A stretch of 64,000 nt of DNA, taken from positions 39,432,001 through 39,496,000 of the forward strand of contig OZ024740.1 of the NCBI GenBank assembly GCA_964016885.1, read 5' to 3'. Within the stretch, counting starts at the first letter, position 1. Every line of letters starts with the position of its first letter. The notes beneath the pieces are model-generated. The model saw only the letters and a program-made list of their open reading frames with translations. It searched no databases and was not told the DNA's origin. Position numbers and translations under genes: made by a program. This document shows, one piece after another, positions 47,101-62,100 of the stretch. The stretch comes from Eledone cirrhosa. Taxonomy: Eukaryota.

Positions 47101-50100
47101 AATTAGTGTGGTACATTAAAGAGGTCCAATTAGTGTGGTACATTAAAGAGGTGTAATTAGGGTTGTACATTAAAGAGGTGTAATTAGTGTGATATATTAA
47201 AGAGGTGTAATTAGTGTCGTACATTTAAGAGGTATAATTAGTGTAGTATTTTAAATAGGTGCAATTAGTGTGGTATATTAAAGAGGTGTAATTAGTGTGG
47301 TACATTAAAGAGGTGCAATTAGTGTGGTATATTAAAGAGGTGTAATTAGTGTGGTATATTAAAGAGGTGTAGTTAGTGTGGTATATTAAAGAGGTGTTGT
47401 TAGTGTGGTATATTAAAGAGGTGCAATTAGTGTGGTATATTAAAGCGGTGTAATTAGTGTGGTACATTAAAGAGGTGCAATTAGTGTGGTATATTAAAGA
47501 GGTGTAATTAGTGTGGTATATTAAAGAGGTCCAATTAGTGTGGTACATTAAAGAGGTTTAATTAGGGTGGTACATTAAAGAGGTGTAATTTGTGTGGTAC
47601 ATTAAAGAGGTGTAATTAGGGTGGTACATTAAAGAGGTGTAGTTAGTATGGTACATTACAGAGGTGCAATTAGTGTGGTATATTAAAGAGGTGTAAATAG
47701 TGTGGTATATTAAAGAGTTGTAATTAGTGAGGTATATTAAAGAGGTGTAATTAGTGTGGTATATTAAAGAGGTGTAATTAGTGTGGTATATTAAAGAGGT
47801 GTAGTTAGTGTGGTTAATTAGAGATGTGTAGTTAGTCAGGTTTATTAGAGAAGTGTAATTAGTGTGGTATATTAAAGAGGTGTAATTAGTGTGGTACATT
47901 AAAGTGGTGTAATTAGTGTGGTATATTAAAGAGGTGTAATTAGTGTGGTATATTAAAGAGGTGTAGTTAGTGTGGTATATTAAAGATGTGTAGTTAGTGT
48001 GGTATATTAAAAGGTGTAATTAGTGTGGTACATTAAAGAGGTCCAATTAGTGTGGTACATTAAAGAGGTGTAATTAGGGTGGTACATTAAAGAAGTGTAG
48101 TTAGTGTGTATTTTAAAGAGGTGTATTTAGTTTGGTATATTAAAGAGGTGTAATTAGTGTGGTATATTAAAGAGGTGTAGTTAGTGTGGTATATTAAATA
48201 GGTGTACTTAGTGTGGTACATTGAAGAGGTGTAATTAGTGTGGTATAATAAAGAGGTGTAGTTAGTGTGGAATATTAAAGAGGTGCAATTAGTGTGGTAT
48301 ATTAAAGAGGTGTAATTAGTGTGGTATATTAAAGAGGTGCAATTAGTGTGGTATATTAAAGAGTTGTAATTAGTGAGGTATATTAAAGAGGTTTAATTAG
48401 TGTGGTATATTAAAGAGGTGTAATTAGTGTGGTATATTAAAGAGGTGTAGTTAGTGTGGTATATTAAAGAGGTGTAGTGAGTGTGGTATATTAAAGAGGT
48501 GTAAATAGTTTGGTACATAAAAGAGGTGTAGTTAGTGTGGTTAATTAGAGATGTGTAGTTAGTCAGGTTTATTAGAGAAGTGTAATTAGTGTGGTATATT
48601 AAAGAGGTTTAATTAGTGTGGTACATTAAAGAGGTGTAATTAGTGTGGTATATTAAAGAGGTGCAATTAGTGTGGTATATAAAAGAGGTGAAATTAGTGT
48701 GGTATATTAAAGAGGTGCAATTAGTGTGGTATATTGAAGAGGTGTAATTAGTGTGGTACATTAAAGAGGTGTAATTAGTGTGGTATATTAAAGAGGTGTA
48801 ATTAGTGTGGTATATTAAAGAGGTGTAGTTAGTGTGGTACATTAAAGAGGTCCAATTAGTGTGGTACATTAAAGAGGTGTAATTAGGGTGGTACATTATA
48901 GAAGTGTAGTTAGTCTGGTATATTAAAGAGGTGTAGTTAGTGTGGTATATTAAAGAGGTGTAATTAGTGTGGTACATTAAAGAGGTGTAATTAGTGTGGT
49001 ATATTAAAGAGATGTAGTTAGTGTGATTTATTAAAGAGGTGCAATTAGTGTGCTATATTAAAGAGGTGTAGTTAGTGTGGTATATTAAAGATGTGCAATT
49101 AGTGTGGTATATTAAAGAGGTGTAATTATTCTGGTACATTAAAGAGGTGCAATTAGTGCGGTATATTAAAGAGGTGTACTTAGTGTGGTACATTAAAGAG
49201 GTGTAAGTAGTGTGGAATATTAAAGAGGTTTAGTTAGTGTGGTATATTAAAGAGTTTTATTAGTGAGGTATATTAAAGAGGTGTAATTAGTGTGGTATAT
49301 TAAAGAGGTGTAGTTAGTGTGGTACATTAAAGAGGTGTAGTTAGTGTGGTTAATTAGAGATGTGTAGTTAGTCAGGTTTATTAGAGAAGTGTAATTAGTG
49401 TGGTATACTAAAGAGGTGCAATTAGTGTGGTATATTGAAGAGGTGTAATTAGTGTGGTACATTAAAGAGGTGTAATTAGTGTGGTATATTAAAGAGGTGT
49501 AGTTAGTGTGGTATATTAAAGAGGTGTAGTTAGTGTGGTATATTAAAGAGGCATAATTAGTGTGGTACATTATAGAGGTCCAATTAGTATGGTACATTAA
49601 AGAGGTGTAATTAGGGTGGTACATTAAAGAAGTGTAGTTAGTGTGGTATATTAAAGAGGTGTAATTAGTGTGGTATATTAAAGAGGTGTAGTTAGTGTGG
49701 TATATTAAAGAGGTGTAATTAGTGTGGTACATTAAAGAGGTGTAATTAGTGTGGTATATTAAAGAGGTGTAGTTAGTGTGGTATATTAAAGACGTGCAAT
49801 TAGTGTGGTATATTAAAGAGGTGTAATTAGTATTGTACATTAAAAGGTGCAATTATTTTGGTATATTAAATAGGTGTAGTTAGTGCGGTATATTAAAGAG
49901 GTGTAGTTAGTGTGGTATATTAAAGAGGTGCAATTAGTGTGGTATATTAAAGAGGTGTAGTTAGTGTGGTATATTAAAGAGCTGTAATTAGTGTGGTACA
50001 TTAACGAGCTGTAATTAGTGTGGTATATTAAAGAGGTGTAATTAGTGTGGTATGTTAAAGAGGTGTAATTAGTGTGGTATATTAAAGAGGTGTAGTTAGT

Positions 50101-53100
50101 GTGGTACATTAAAGAGGTCCAATTAGTGTGGTACATTAAAGAGGTGTAATTAGGGTGGTACATTATAGAAGTGTAGTTAGTCTGGTATATTAAAGAGGTG
50201 TAGTTAGTGTGGTATATTAAAGAGGTGTAATTAGTGTGGTACATTAAAGAGGTGTAATTAGTGTGGTATATTAAAGAGGTGTAGTTAGTGTGATTTATTA
50301 AAGAGGTGCAATTAGTGCGCTATATTAAAGAGGTGTAATTAGTGTGGTATATTAAAGAGGTGTAGTTAGTGAGGTATATTAAAGAGGTGTAATTAGTGTG
50401 GTATATTAAAGAGGTGTAGTTAGTGTGGTACATTAAAGAGGTGTAGTTAGTGTGGTTAATTAGGGATGTGTAGTTAGTCAGGTTTATTAGAGAAGTGTAA
50501 TTAGTGTGGTATACTAAAGAGGTGCAATTAGTGTGGTATATTGAAGAGGTGTAATTAGTGTGGTACATTAAAGAGGTGTAATTAGTGTGGTATATTAAAG
50601 AGGTGTAATTAGTGTGGTATATTAAAGAGGTGTAGTTAGTGTGGTATATTAAAGAGGTGTAGTTAGTGTGGTATATTAGAGAGGTGCAATTAGTGTGGTA
50701 TATTAAAGATGTCCAATTAGTGTGGTACATTAAAAAGGTGTAATTAGGGTGGTACATTAAAGAAGTGTAGTTAGTGTGGTATATTAAAGAGGTGTAGTTA
50801 GTGTGGTATATTAAAGAGGTGTAATTAGTGTGGTATATTAAAGAGGTGTAGTTAGTGTGGTATACTAAAAAGGTGCAATAAGTGTGGTATATTAAACAGG
50901 TTCAATTAGTGTGGTATTTTAAAGAGGTGTAGTTAGTGTGGTACATTAAAGAGGTGTAATTAGTGTGGTATATTAAAGAGGTGCAATTAGTGTGGTATAT
51001 TAAAGAGGTGCAATTAGTGTGGTATATTAAAAAGGTGTAATTAGTGTGGTACATTAAAGAGGTGTAATTAGTGTGATACATTAAAGAGGTGTAATTAGTG
51101 TGGTATATTAAAGAGGTGTAATTAGTGTGGTATATTAAAGAGGTGTAGTTAGTGTGATTTATTAAAGAGGTGCAATTAGTGCGCTATATTAAAGAGGTGT
51201 AGTTAGTGTGGTATATTAAAGATGTGCAATTAGTGTGGTATATTAAAGAGGTGTAATTATTCTGGTACATTAAAGAGGTGCAATTAGTGCGGTATATTAA
51301 AGAGGTGTACTTAGTGTGGTACATTAAAGAGGTGTAAGTAGTGTGGAATATTAAAGAGGTTTAGTTAGTGTGGTATATTAAAGAGTTGTAATTAGTGAGG
51401 TATATTAAAGAGGTGTAATTAGTGTGGTATATTAAAGAGGTGTAGTTAGTGTGGTACATTAAAGAGGTGTAGTTAGTGTGGTTAATTAGAGATGTGTAGT
51501 TAGTCAGATTTATTAGAGAAGTGTAATTAGTGTGGTATACTAAAGAGGTGCAATTAGTGTGGTATATTGAAGAGGTGTAATTAGTGTGGTACATTAAAGA
51601 GGTGTAATTAGTGTGGTATATTAAAGAGGTGTAATTAGTGTGGTATATTAAAGAGGTGTAGTTAGTGTGGTATATTAAAGAGGTGTAGTTAGTGTGGTAT
51701 ATTAGAGAGGTGCGATTAGTGTGTTATATTAAAGATGTCCAATTAGTGTGGTACATTAAAGAGGTGCAATTAGGGTGGTACATTAAAGAAGTGTAGTTAG
51801 TGTGGTATATTAAAGAGGTGTAGTTAGTGTGGTATATTAAAGAGGTGTAGTTAGTGTGGTATATTAGAGAGGTGCAATTAGTGTGGTATATTAAAGATGT
51901 CCAATTAGTGTGGTACATTAAAAAGGTGTAATTAGGGTGGTACATTAAAAAAGTGTAGTTAGTGTGGTATATTAAAGAGGTGTAGTTAGTGTGGTATATT
52001 AAAGAGGTGTAATTAGTGTGGTATATTAAAGAGGTGTAGTTAGTGTGGTATACTAAAAAGGTGCAATAAGTGTGGTATATTAAAGAGGTTCAATTAGTGT
52101 GGTATTTTAAAGAGGTGTAGTTAGTGTGGTACATTAAAGAGGTGTAATTAGTGTCGTATATTAAAGAGGTGCAATTAGTGTGGTATATTAAAGAGGTGCA
52201 ATTAGTGTGGTATATTAAAAAGGTGTAATTAGTGTGGTACATTAAAGAGGTGTAATTAGTGTGATACATTAAAGAGGTGTAATTAGTGTGGTATATTAAA
52301 GAGGTGTAATTAGTGTGGTATATTAAAGAAGTGTAATTAGTGTGGGATCTTAAAGAGGTGCAATTAGTGTGGTATATTAAAGTAGTGTAATTAGTGTGGT
52401 ATATTAAAGAGTTGTAATTAGTGAGGTATATTAAAGTGGTGTAATTAGTGTGGTACATTAAAGAGGTGTAGTTAGTGTGGTTAATTAGAGATGTGTAGTT
52501 AGTCAGTTTTATTAGAGAAGTGTAATTAGTGTGGTATATTAAAGAGGTGCAATTAGTGTGGTATATTGAAGAGGTGTAATTAGTGTGGTAGATTAAAGAG
52601 GTTCAATTAGTGTGGTATATTAAAGAGGTGTAATTAGTGTGGTACATTAAAGAGGTCAAATTAGTGTGGTACACTAAAGAGGTGTAATTAGGGTTGTACA
52701 TTAAAGAGGTGTAATTAGTGTCATATATTAAAGAGGTGTAATTAGTGTCGTACATTTAAGAGGTATAATTAGTGTGGTATATTAAATAGGTGCAATTAGT
52801 GTGGTATATTAAAGAGGTGTAATTAGTGTGGTACATTAAAGAGGTGCAATTAGTGTGGTATATTAAAGAGGTGTAATTAGTGTGGTATATTAAAGAGGTG
52901 TAGTTAGTGTGGTACATTAAAGAGGTGCAATTAGTGTGGTATATTAAAGAGGTGTAATTAGTGTGGTATATTAAAGAGGTCCAATTAGTGTGGTACATTA
53001 AAGAGGTTTAATTAGGGTGGTACATTAAAGAGGTGTAATTAGTGTGGTACATTAAAGAGGTGTAATTAGGGTGGTACATTAAAGAGGTGTAGTTAGTATG

Positions 53101-56100
53101 GTACATAACAGAGGTGCAATTAGTGTGGTATATTAAAGAAGTGCAATTAGTGTGGTATATTAAAGAGGTGTAAATAGTGTGGTATATTAAAGAGTTGTAA
53201 TTAGTGTGGTATATTAAAGAGGTGTAGTTAGTGTGGTTAATTAGAGATGTGTAGTTAGTCAGGTTTATTAGAGAAGTGTAATTAGTGTGGTATATTAAAG
53301 AGGTGTAATTAGTGTGGTACATTAAAGTGGTGTAATTAGTGTGGTATATTAAAGAGGTGTAATTAGTGTGGTATATTAAAGAGGTGTAGTTAGTGTGGTA
53401 TATTAAAGATGTGTAGTTAGTGTGGTATATTAAAATGTGTAATTAGTGTGGTACATTAAAGACGTCCAATTAGTGTGGTACATTAAAGAGGTGTAATTAG
53501 GGTGGTACATTAAAGAAGTGTAGTTAGTGTGGTATATTAAAGAGGTGTATTTAGTGTGGTATATTAAAGAGGTGTAATTAGTGTGGTATATTAAAGAGGT
53601 GTAGTTAGTGTGGTATATTAAATAGGTGTACTTAGTGTGGTACATTAAAGAGGTGTAATTAGTGTGGTATAATAAAGAGGTGTAGTTAGTGTGGAATATT
53701 AAAGAGGTGCAATTAGTGTGGTATATTAAAGAGGTGTAATTAGTGTGGTATATTAAAGAGGTGCAATTAGTGTGGTATATTAAAGAGTTGTAATTAGTGA
53801 GGTATATTAAAGAGGTTTAATTAGTGTGGTATATTAAAGAGGTGTAATTAGTGTGGTATATTAAAGAGGTGTAGTTAGTGTGGTATATTAAAGAGGTGTA
53901 GTGAGTGTGGTATATTAAAGAGGTGTAAATAGTGTGGTACATAAAAGAGGTGTAGTTAGTGTGGTTAATTAGAGATGTGTAGTTAGTCAGGTTTATTAGA
54001 GAAGTGTAATTAGTGTGGTATATTAAAGAGGTGTAATTAGTGTGGTACATTAAAGAGGTGTAATTAGTGTGGTATATTAAAGAGGTGCAATTAGTGTGGT
54101 ATATAAAAGAGGTGAAATTAGTGTAGTATATTAAAGAGGTGCAATTAGTGTGGTATATTGAAGAGGTGTAATTAGTGTGGTACATTAAAGAGGTGTAATT
54201 AGTGTGGTATATTAAAGAGGTGTGGTTAGTGTGGTACATTAAAGAGGTCCAATTAGTGTGGTACATTAAAGAGGTGTAATTAGGGTGGTACATTATAGAA
54301 GTGTAATTAGTCTGGTATATTAAAGAGGTGTAGTTAGTGTGGTATATTAAAGAGGTGTAATTAGTGTGGTACATTAAAGAGGTGTAATTAGTGTGGTATA
54401 TTAAAGAGGTGTAGTTAGTGTGATTTATTAAAGAGGTGCAATTAGTGTGCTATATTAAAGAGGTACACATTATAGAGGTCCACTTAATTTGGTACATAAA
54501 AGAGGTGTCACTAGGGTGGTACATTAAAGAAGTGTAGTTAGTGTGGTATATTAAAGAGGTGTAGTTAGTGTGGTAAATAAAAGAGGTGTAATTAGTGTGG
54601 TATATTAAAGAGGTGTAGTTAGTGTGGTATATTAAAGAGGTGTAATTAGTGTGGTACATTAAAGAGGTGTAATTTCTGTGGTATATTAAAGAGGTGTAGT
54701 TAGTGTGGTATATTAAAGAGGTGCAATTAGTGTGGTATATTAAAGAGTTGTAGTTAGTGTGGTATATTAAAGAGGTGCAATTAGTGTGGTATATTAAAAA
54801 GGTGCAATTAGTGTGGTATATTAAAGAGGTGTAATTAGTATTGTACATTAAAAGGTGCAATTAGTGTGGTATATTAAAAGGTGTAGTTAGTGCGGTATAT
54901 TAAAGAGGTGTAGTTAGTGTGGTATATTAAAGACGTGCAATTAGTGTGGTATATTAAAGAGGTGTAATTAGTATTGTACATTAAAAGGTGCAATTAGTGT
55001 GGTATATTAAAAGGTGTAGTTAGTGCGGTATATTAAAGAGGTGTAGTTAGTGTGGTATATTAAAGAGGTGCAATTAGTGTGGTATATTAAAAAGGTGTAG
55101 TTAGTGTGGTATATTAAAGAGGTGTAATTAGTGTGGTACATTAAAGAGGTGTAATTAGTGAGGAATATTAAAGAGGTGCAATTAGTGTGGTATGTTAAAG
55201 AGGTGCAATTAGTCTGGTATATTAAGTAGGTGTAGTTGGTGTGGTTAATTAGAGATGTGTAGTTAGTCAGGTTTATTAGAGAATTATAATCAGTGTGCTA
55301 TATTAAAGAGGTATAATTAGTTTCTTGTACATTAAAGAGGTCCAATTAGTGTGGTACATTAAAGAGGTGTAATTAGGGTGGTACATTAAAGAAGTGTAGT
55401 TAATGTGGTATATTAAAGAGGTGTAGTTAGTGTGGTATATTAAAGAGGTGTAATTAGTGTGGTATATTAAAGAGGTGTAGTTAGTGTGGTACATTAACGA
55501 GGTGTAATTAGTGTGGTATATTAAAGAGGTGCAATTAGTGTGGTATATTAAAAAGGTACAATTAATGTGGTATATTAAAGAGGTGCAATTAGTGTGGTAT
55601 ATTAAAGAGGTGTAATTAGTGTGGTATATTAAAGAGGTGCAATTAGTGTGGTATATTAAAGAGGTGTAATTAGTGTGTTACATTAAAGAGGTGTAATTAG
55701 TGTGGTATGTTAAAGAGGTGCAATTAGTCTGGTATATTAAAAATGTGTAGTTAGTGTGGTATATTAAAGAGGTGCAAATAATGTGGTATATTAAAGTGGT
55801 GTACTTAGTGTGGTATATTAAAGAGGTGTAATTAGTGTGGTATATTAAATAGGTGTCATTATTGTGGAATATTAAAGAGGTGCAATTAGTGTGGTATATT
55901 AAAGAGGTGTAATTAGTCTGGTATATTAAGGAGGTGTAGTTGGTGTGGTTAATTAGAGATGTGTAGTTAGTCAGGTTTATTAGAGAAGTATAATTAGTGT
56001 GGTATATTAAAGAGGTGTAATTAGTGTGGTAAATTAAAGAGGTGTAATTAGTGTAGTATATTAAAGAGGTGCAATTAGTGTGGTATATTAAAGAGGTGAA

Positions 56101-59100
56101 ATTAGTGTGGTATATTAAAGAGGTGCAATTAGTGTGGTATATTGAAGAAATGTAGTTAGTGTGGTACTTTAAAGAGGTGTAATTAGTGTGGTATATTAAA
56201 GAGGTGTAATTAGTGTGGTATATTAAAAGGTGTAATTAGTGTGGTATATTAAAGAGGTGTAGTTAGTGTGGTATATTAAAGAGGTGCAATTAGTGTGGTA
56301 TATTAAAGAGGTGTAGTTAGTGTGGTATATTAAAGAGGTGTAATTAGTGTGGTACATTAACGAGGTGTAATTAGTGTGGTATATTAAAGAGGTGCAATTA
56401 GTGTGGTATATTAAAAAGGTGCAATTTGTGTGGTAAATTAAAGAGGTGCAATTAGTGTGGTATATTAAAGAGGTGTAATTAGTGTGTTACTTTAAAGAGG
56501 TGTAATTAGTGTGGTATGTTAAGGAGGTGTAGTTGGTGTGGTTAATTAGAGATGTGTAGTTAGTCAGGTTTATTAGAGAAGTATAATTAATGTGGTATAT
56601 TAAAGAGGTGTAATTAGTGTTGTAAATTAAAGAGGTGTAATTAGTGTGGTATATTAAAGAGGTGCAATTAGTGTGGTATATTAAAGAGGTGAAATTAGTG
56701 TGGTATATTAAAGAGGTGCAATTAGTGTGGTATATTGAAGAGGTGTAATTAGTGTGGTACTTTAAAGAGGTGTAATTAGTGTGGTATATTAAAGAGGTGT
56801 AATTAGTGTGGTATATTAAAAGGTGTAATTAGTGTGGTATATTAAAGAGGTGTAGTTAGTGTGGTATATTAAAGAGGTGTAGTTAGTGTGGTATATTAGA
56901 GAGGTGCAATTAGTGTGGTACATTAAAGATGTCCAATTAGTGTGGTACATTAAAGAGGTGTAATTAGGGTGGTACATTAAAGAAGTTTAGTTAGTGTGGT
57001 ATATTAAAGAGGTGTAGTTAGTGTGGTATATTAAAGAGGTGTAATTAGTGTGGTATATTAAAGAGGTCTAGTTAGTGTGGTATACTAAAAAGGTGCAATT
57101 AGTGTGGTATATTAAAAAGGTGTAATTAGTGTGGTACATTAAAGAGGTGTAATTAGTGTGGTATATTAAAGAGGTGTAATTAGTGTGGTATATTAAAGAA
57201 GTGTAATCAGTGTGGTATCTGAATCTGGTGCAATTAGTGTGGTATATTAAAGTGGTCTAATTATTGTGGTATATTAAAGAGTTGTAATTAGTGAGGTATA
57301 TTAAAGAGGTGTAATTAGTGTGGTATATTAAAGTGGTGTAATTAGTGTGGTACATTAAAGAGGTGTAGTTAGTGTGGTTAATTAGAGATGTGTAGTTAGT
57401 CACGTTTATTAGAGAAGTGTAATTAGTGTGGTAGTTTAAAGAGGTGCAATTAGTGTGGTATATTGAAGAGGTGTAATTAGTGTCGTATACTAAAGAGGTG
57501 TAGTTAGTGTGGTATATTAAAGAGGTGTAGTTAGTGTGGTATATTAAAGAGGCATAATTAGTGTGGTACATTATAGAGGTCCAATTAATGTGGTACATTA
57601 AAGAGGTGTAACTAGGGTGGTACATTAAAGAAGTGTAGTTAGTGTGGTATATTAAAGAGGTGTAGTTAGTGTGGTATGTTAAAGAGGTGTAATTAGTGTG
57701 GTATATTAAAGAGGTGTAGTTAGTGTGGTATATTAAAGAGGTGTAATTAGTGTGGTACTTTAAAGATGTGTAATTTGTGTGGTATATTAAAGAGGTGTAG
57801 TTAGTGTGGTATATTAAAGAGGTGCAATTAGTGTGGTATATTAAAGAGTTGTCGTTATTGTGGTATATTAAAGACGTGCAATTAGTGTGGTATATTAAAG
57901 AGGTGTAATTAGTATTGTACATTAAAAGGTGCAATTAGTGTGGTATATTAAAAGGTGTAGTTAGTGGGGTATATTAAAGAGGTGTAGTTAGTGTGGTATA
58001 TTAAAGAGGTGCAATTAGTGTGGTATATTAAAGAGGTGTAGTTAGTGTGGTATATTAAAGAGGTGTAATTAGTGTGGTACATTAACGAGGTGTAATTAGT
58101 GTGGTATATTAAAATGGTGCAATTAGTGTGGTATATTAAAGAGGTATAATTACTTTCTTGTACATTAAAGAGGTCCAATTAGTGTGGTACATTAAAGAGG
58201 TGTAATTAGGCTGGTACATTAAAGAAGTGTAGTTAGTGTGGTATATTAAAGAGGTATAGTTAGTGTGGTATATTAAAGAGGTGTAATTAGTGTGGTATAT
58301 TAAAGAGGTGTAGTTAGTGTGGTACATTAACGAGGTGCAATTAGTGTGGTATATTAAAAAGGTGCAATTAGTGTGGTATATTAAAGAGGTGCAATTAGTG
58401 TGGTATATTAAAGAGGTGTAATTAGTGTGGTATATTAAAGAGGTGCAATTAGTGTGGTATATTAAAGAGGTGTAATTAGTGTGTTACATTAAAGAGGTGT
58501 AATTAGTGTGGTATGTTAAAGAGGTGCAATTAGTCTGGTATATTAAAAAGGTGTAGTTAGTGTGGTATATTAAAGAGGTGCAAATAATGTGGTATATTAA
58601 AGTGGTGTAATTAGTGTGGTATATTAAAGAGGTGTACTTAGTGTGGTATATTAAAGAGGTGTAATTAGTCTGGTATATTAAGGAGGTGTAGTTGGTGTGG
58701 TTAATTAGAGATGTGTAGTTAGTCAGGTTTATTAGAGAAGTGTAATTAGTGTGGTATATTAAAGATGTGCAATTAGTGTGGTATATTAAAGAGGTGAAAT
58801 TAGTGTGGTATATTAAAGAGGTGTAATTAGTGTGGTATATTAAAGAAGTGTAATTAATGTGGTATCTGAAAGTGGTGCAATTAGTGTGGTATATTAAAGT
58901 GGTGTAATTATTGTGGTATATTAAAGAGTTGTAATTAGTGAGGCATATTAAAGAGGTGTAATTAGTGTGGTATATTAAAGAGGTGTAATTAGTGTGGTAC
59001 ATTAAAGAGGTGTAGTTAGTGTGGTTAATAGGAGATGTGTAGTTAGTCAGGTTTATTAGAGAAGTGTAATTAGTGTGGTATATTAAAGATGTGCAATTAG

Positions 59101-62100
59101 TGTGGTATATTGAAGAGGTGTAATTAGTGTGGTACATTAAAGAGGTGTAATTAGTGTGGTATATTAAAGAGGTGTAATTAGTGTGGTATACTAAAGAGGT
59201 GTAGTTAGTGTGGTATATTAAAGCGGTGTAGTTAGTGTGGTATATTAAAGAGGAATAATTAGTGTGGTACATTATAGAGGTACAATTAATGTGGTACATT
59301 AAAGAGGTGTAACTAGGGTGGTACATTAAAGAAGTGTAGTTAGTGTGGTATATTAAAGAGGTGTAGTTAGTGTGGTATGTTAAAGAGGTGTAATTAGTGT
59401 GGTATATTAAAGAGGTGTAGTTAGTGTGGTATATTAAAGAGGTGTAATTAGTGTGGTATATTAAAGAGGTGTAGTTAGTGTGGTATACTAAAAAGGTGCA
59501 ATTAGTGTGGTATATTAAAAAGGTGTAAATAGTGTGGTACATTAAAGAGGTGTAATTAGTGTGATACATTAAAGAGGTGTAATTAGTGTGGTATATTAAA
59601 GACGTGTAATTAGTGTGGTATATTAAAGAAGTGTAATTAGTGTGGTATATTAAAGTGGTGTAATTATTGTGGTATATTAAAGAGTTGTAATTAGTGAGGT
59701 ATATTAAAGAGGTGTAATTAGTGTGGTATATTAAAGTGGTGTAATTAGTGTGGTACATTAAAGAGGTGTAGTTAGTGTGGTATATTAAAGAGGTGTAATT
59801 AGTGTGGTATACTAAAGAGGTGTAGTTAGTGTGGTATATTAATGAGGTGTAGTTAGTGTGGTATATTAAAGAGGCATAATTAGTGTGGTATATTAAAGAG
59901 GTGTAGTTAGTGTGGTATATTAAAGAGGTGTAATTAGTGTGGTACATTAAAGAAGTGTAGTTAGTGTGGTATATTAAAGAGGTGTAGTTAGTGTGGTATA
60001 TTAAAGAGTTGCAATTAGTGTGGTATATTAAAGAGTTCTAGTTAGTGTGGTATATTAAAGACATGCAATTAGTGTGGTATATTAAAGAGGTGGAATTAGT
60101 ATTGTACATTAAAAGGTGCAATTAGTGTGGTATATTAAAAGGTGTAGTTAGTGCGGTATATTAAAGAGGTGTAGTTAGTGTGGTATATTAAAGAGGTGCA
60201 ATTAATGTGGTATATTAAAGAGGTGTAGTTAGTGTGGTATATTAAAGAGGTGTAATTAGTGTGGTACATTAACGAGGTGTAATTAGTGTGGTATATTAAA
60301 GAGGTGCAATTAGTGTGGTATATTAAAAAGGTGCAATTAGTGTGGTATATTAAAGAGGTGCAATTAGTGTGGTATATTAAAGAGGTGTAATTAGTGTGGT
60401 ATATTAAAGAGGTGCAATTAGTGTGGTATATTAAAGAAGTGCAATTAATGTGGTATATTAAAGTGGTGTAATTAGTGTGGTATATTAAAGAGGTGTAATT
60501 AGTGTGGTATATTAAAGAGGTGTAATTAGTGTGGAATATTAAAGAGGTGCAATTAGTGTGGTATGTTAAAGAGGTGTAATTAGTCTGGTATATTAAGGAG
60601 GTGTAGTTGGTGTGGTTAATTAGAGATGTGTAGTTAGTCAGGTTTATTAGAGAAGTATAATTAGTGTGGTATATTAAAGAGGTATAATTAGTTTCTTGTA
60701 CATTAAAGAGGTCCAATTAGTGTGGTACATTAAAGAGGTGTAATTAGGGTGGTACATTAAAGAAGTGTAGTTAGTGTGGTATATTAAAGAGGTGTAGTTA
60801 GTGTGGTATGTTAAAGAGGTGTAATTAGTGTGGTATGTTAAAGAGGTGTAGTTAGTGTGGTATATTAAAGAGGTGCAATTAGTGTGGTATATTAAAAAGG
60901 TGCAATTAGTGTGGTATATTAAAGAGGTGCAATTAGTGTGGTATATTAAAGAGGTGTAATTATTGTGGTATATTAAAGAGGTGCAATTAGTGTGGTATAT
61001 TAAAGAGGTGTAGTTAGTGTGGTATATTAAAGAGGTGTAATTAGTGTGGTACATTAACGAGGTGTAATTAGTGTGGTATATTAAAGAGGTGCAATTAGTG
61101 TGGTATATTAAAGAGGTGTAATTAGTGTGTTACATTAAAGAGGTGTAATTAGTGTGGTATGTTAAAGAGGTGCAAGTAGTCTGGTATATTAAAAAGGTGT
61201 AGTTAGTGTGGTATATTAAAGAGGTGCAAATAATGTGGTATATTAAAGTGGTGTAATTAGTGTGGTATATTAAAGAGGTGTAATTAGTGTAGTATATGAA
61301 AGAGGTGTCATTAGTGTGGAATATTAAAGAGGTGCAATTAGTGTGGTATATTAAAGACGTGTAATTAGTCTGGTATATTAAGGAGGTGTAGTTGGTGTGG
61401 TTAATTAGAGATGTGTAGTTAGTCAGGTTTATTAGAGAAGTATAATTAGTGTGGTATATTAAAGAGGTGTAATTAGTGTGGTAAATTGAAGAGGTGTAAT
61501 TAGTGTGGTATATTAAAGAGGTGCAATTAGTGTGGTATATTAAATAGGTGAAATTATTGTGGTATATTAAAGAGGTGCAATTAGTGTGGTATATTGAAGA
61601 GGTGTAATTAGTGTGGTACTTTAAAGAGGTGTAATTAGTGTGGTATATTAAAGAGGTGTAATTAGTGTGGTATATTAAAAGGTGTAATTAGTGTGGTATA
61701 TTAAAGAGGTGTAGTTAGTGTGGTATATTAAAGAGGTGTAATTAGTGAGGTATATTAAATAGGTGTAGTTAGTGTGGTATATTAAAGTGGTGTAATTAGT
61801 GTGGTACATTAAAGAGGTGTAGTTAGTGTGGTATATTAAAGAGGTGCAATTAGTGTGGTATATTAAAAAGGTGCAATTAGTGTGGTATATTAAAGAGGTG
61901 TAATTAGTGTGGTAAATTTAAGAGGTGCAATTAGTGTGGTATATTAAAGAGGTGTAATTAGTGTGGTATATTAAAGAGGTGCAATTAGTGTGGTATATTA
62001 AAGAGGTGTAATTAGTATTGTACATTAAAAGGTGCAATTAGTTTGGTCTATTAAATAGGTGTAGTTAGTGCGGTATATTAAAGATGTGTAGTTAGTGTGG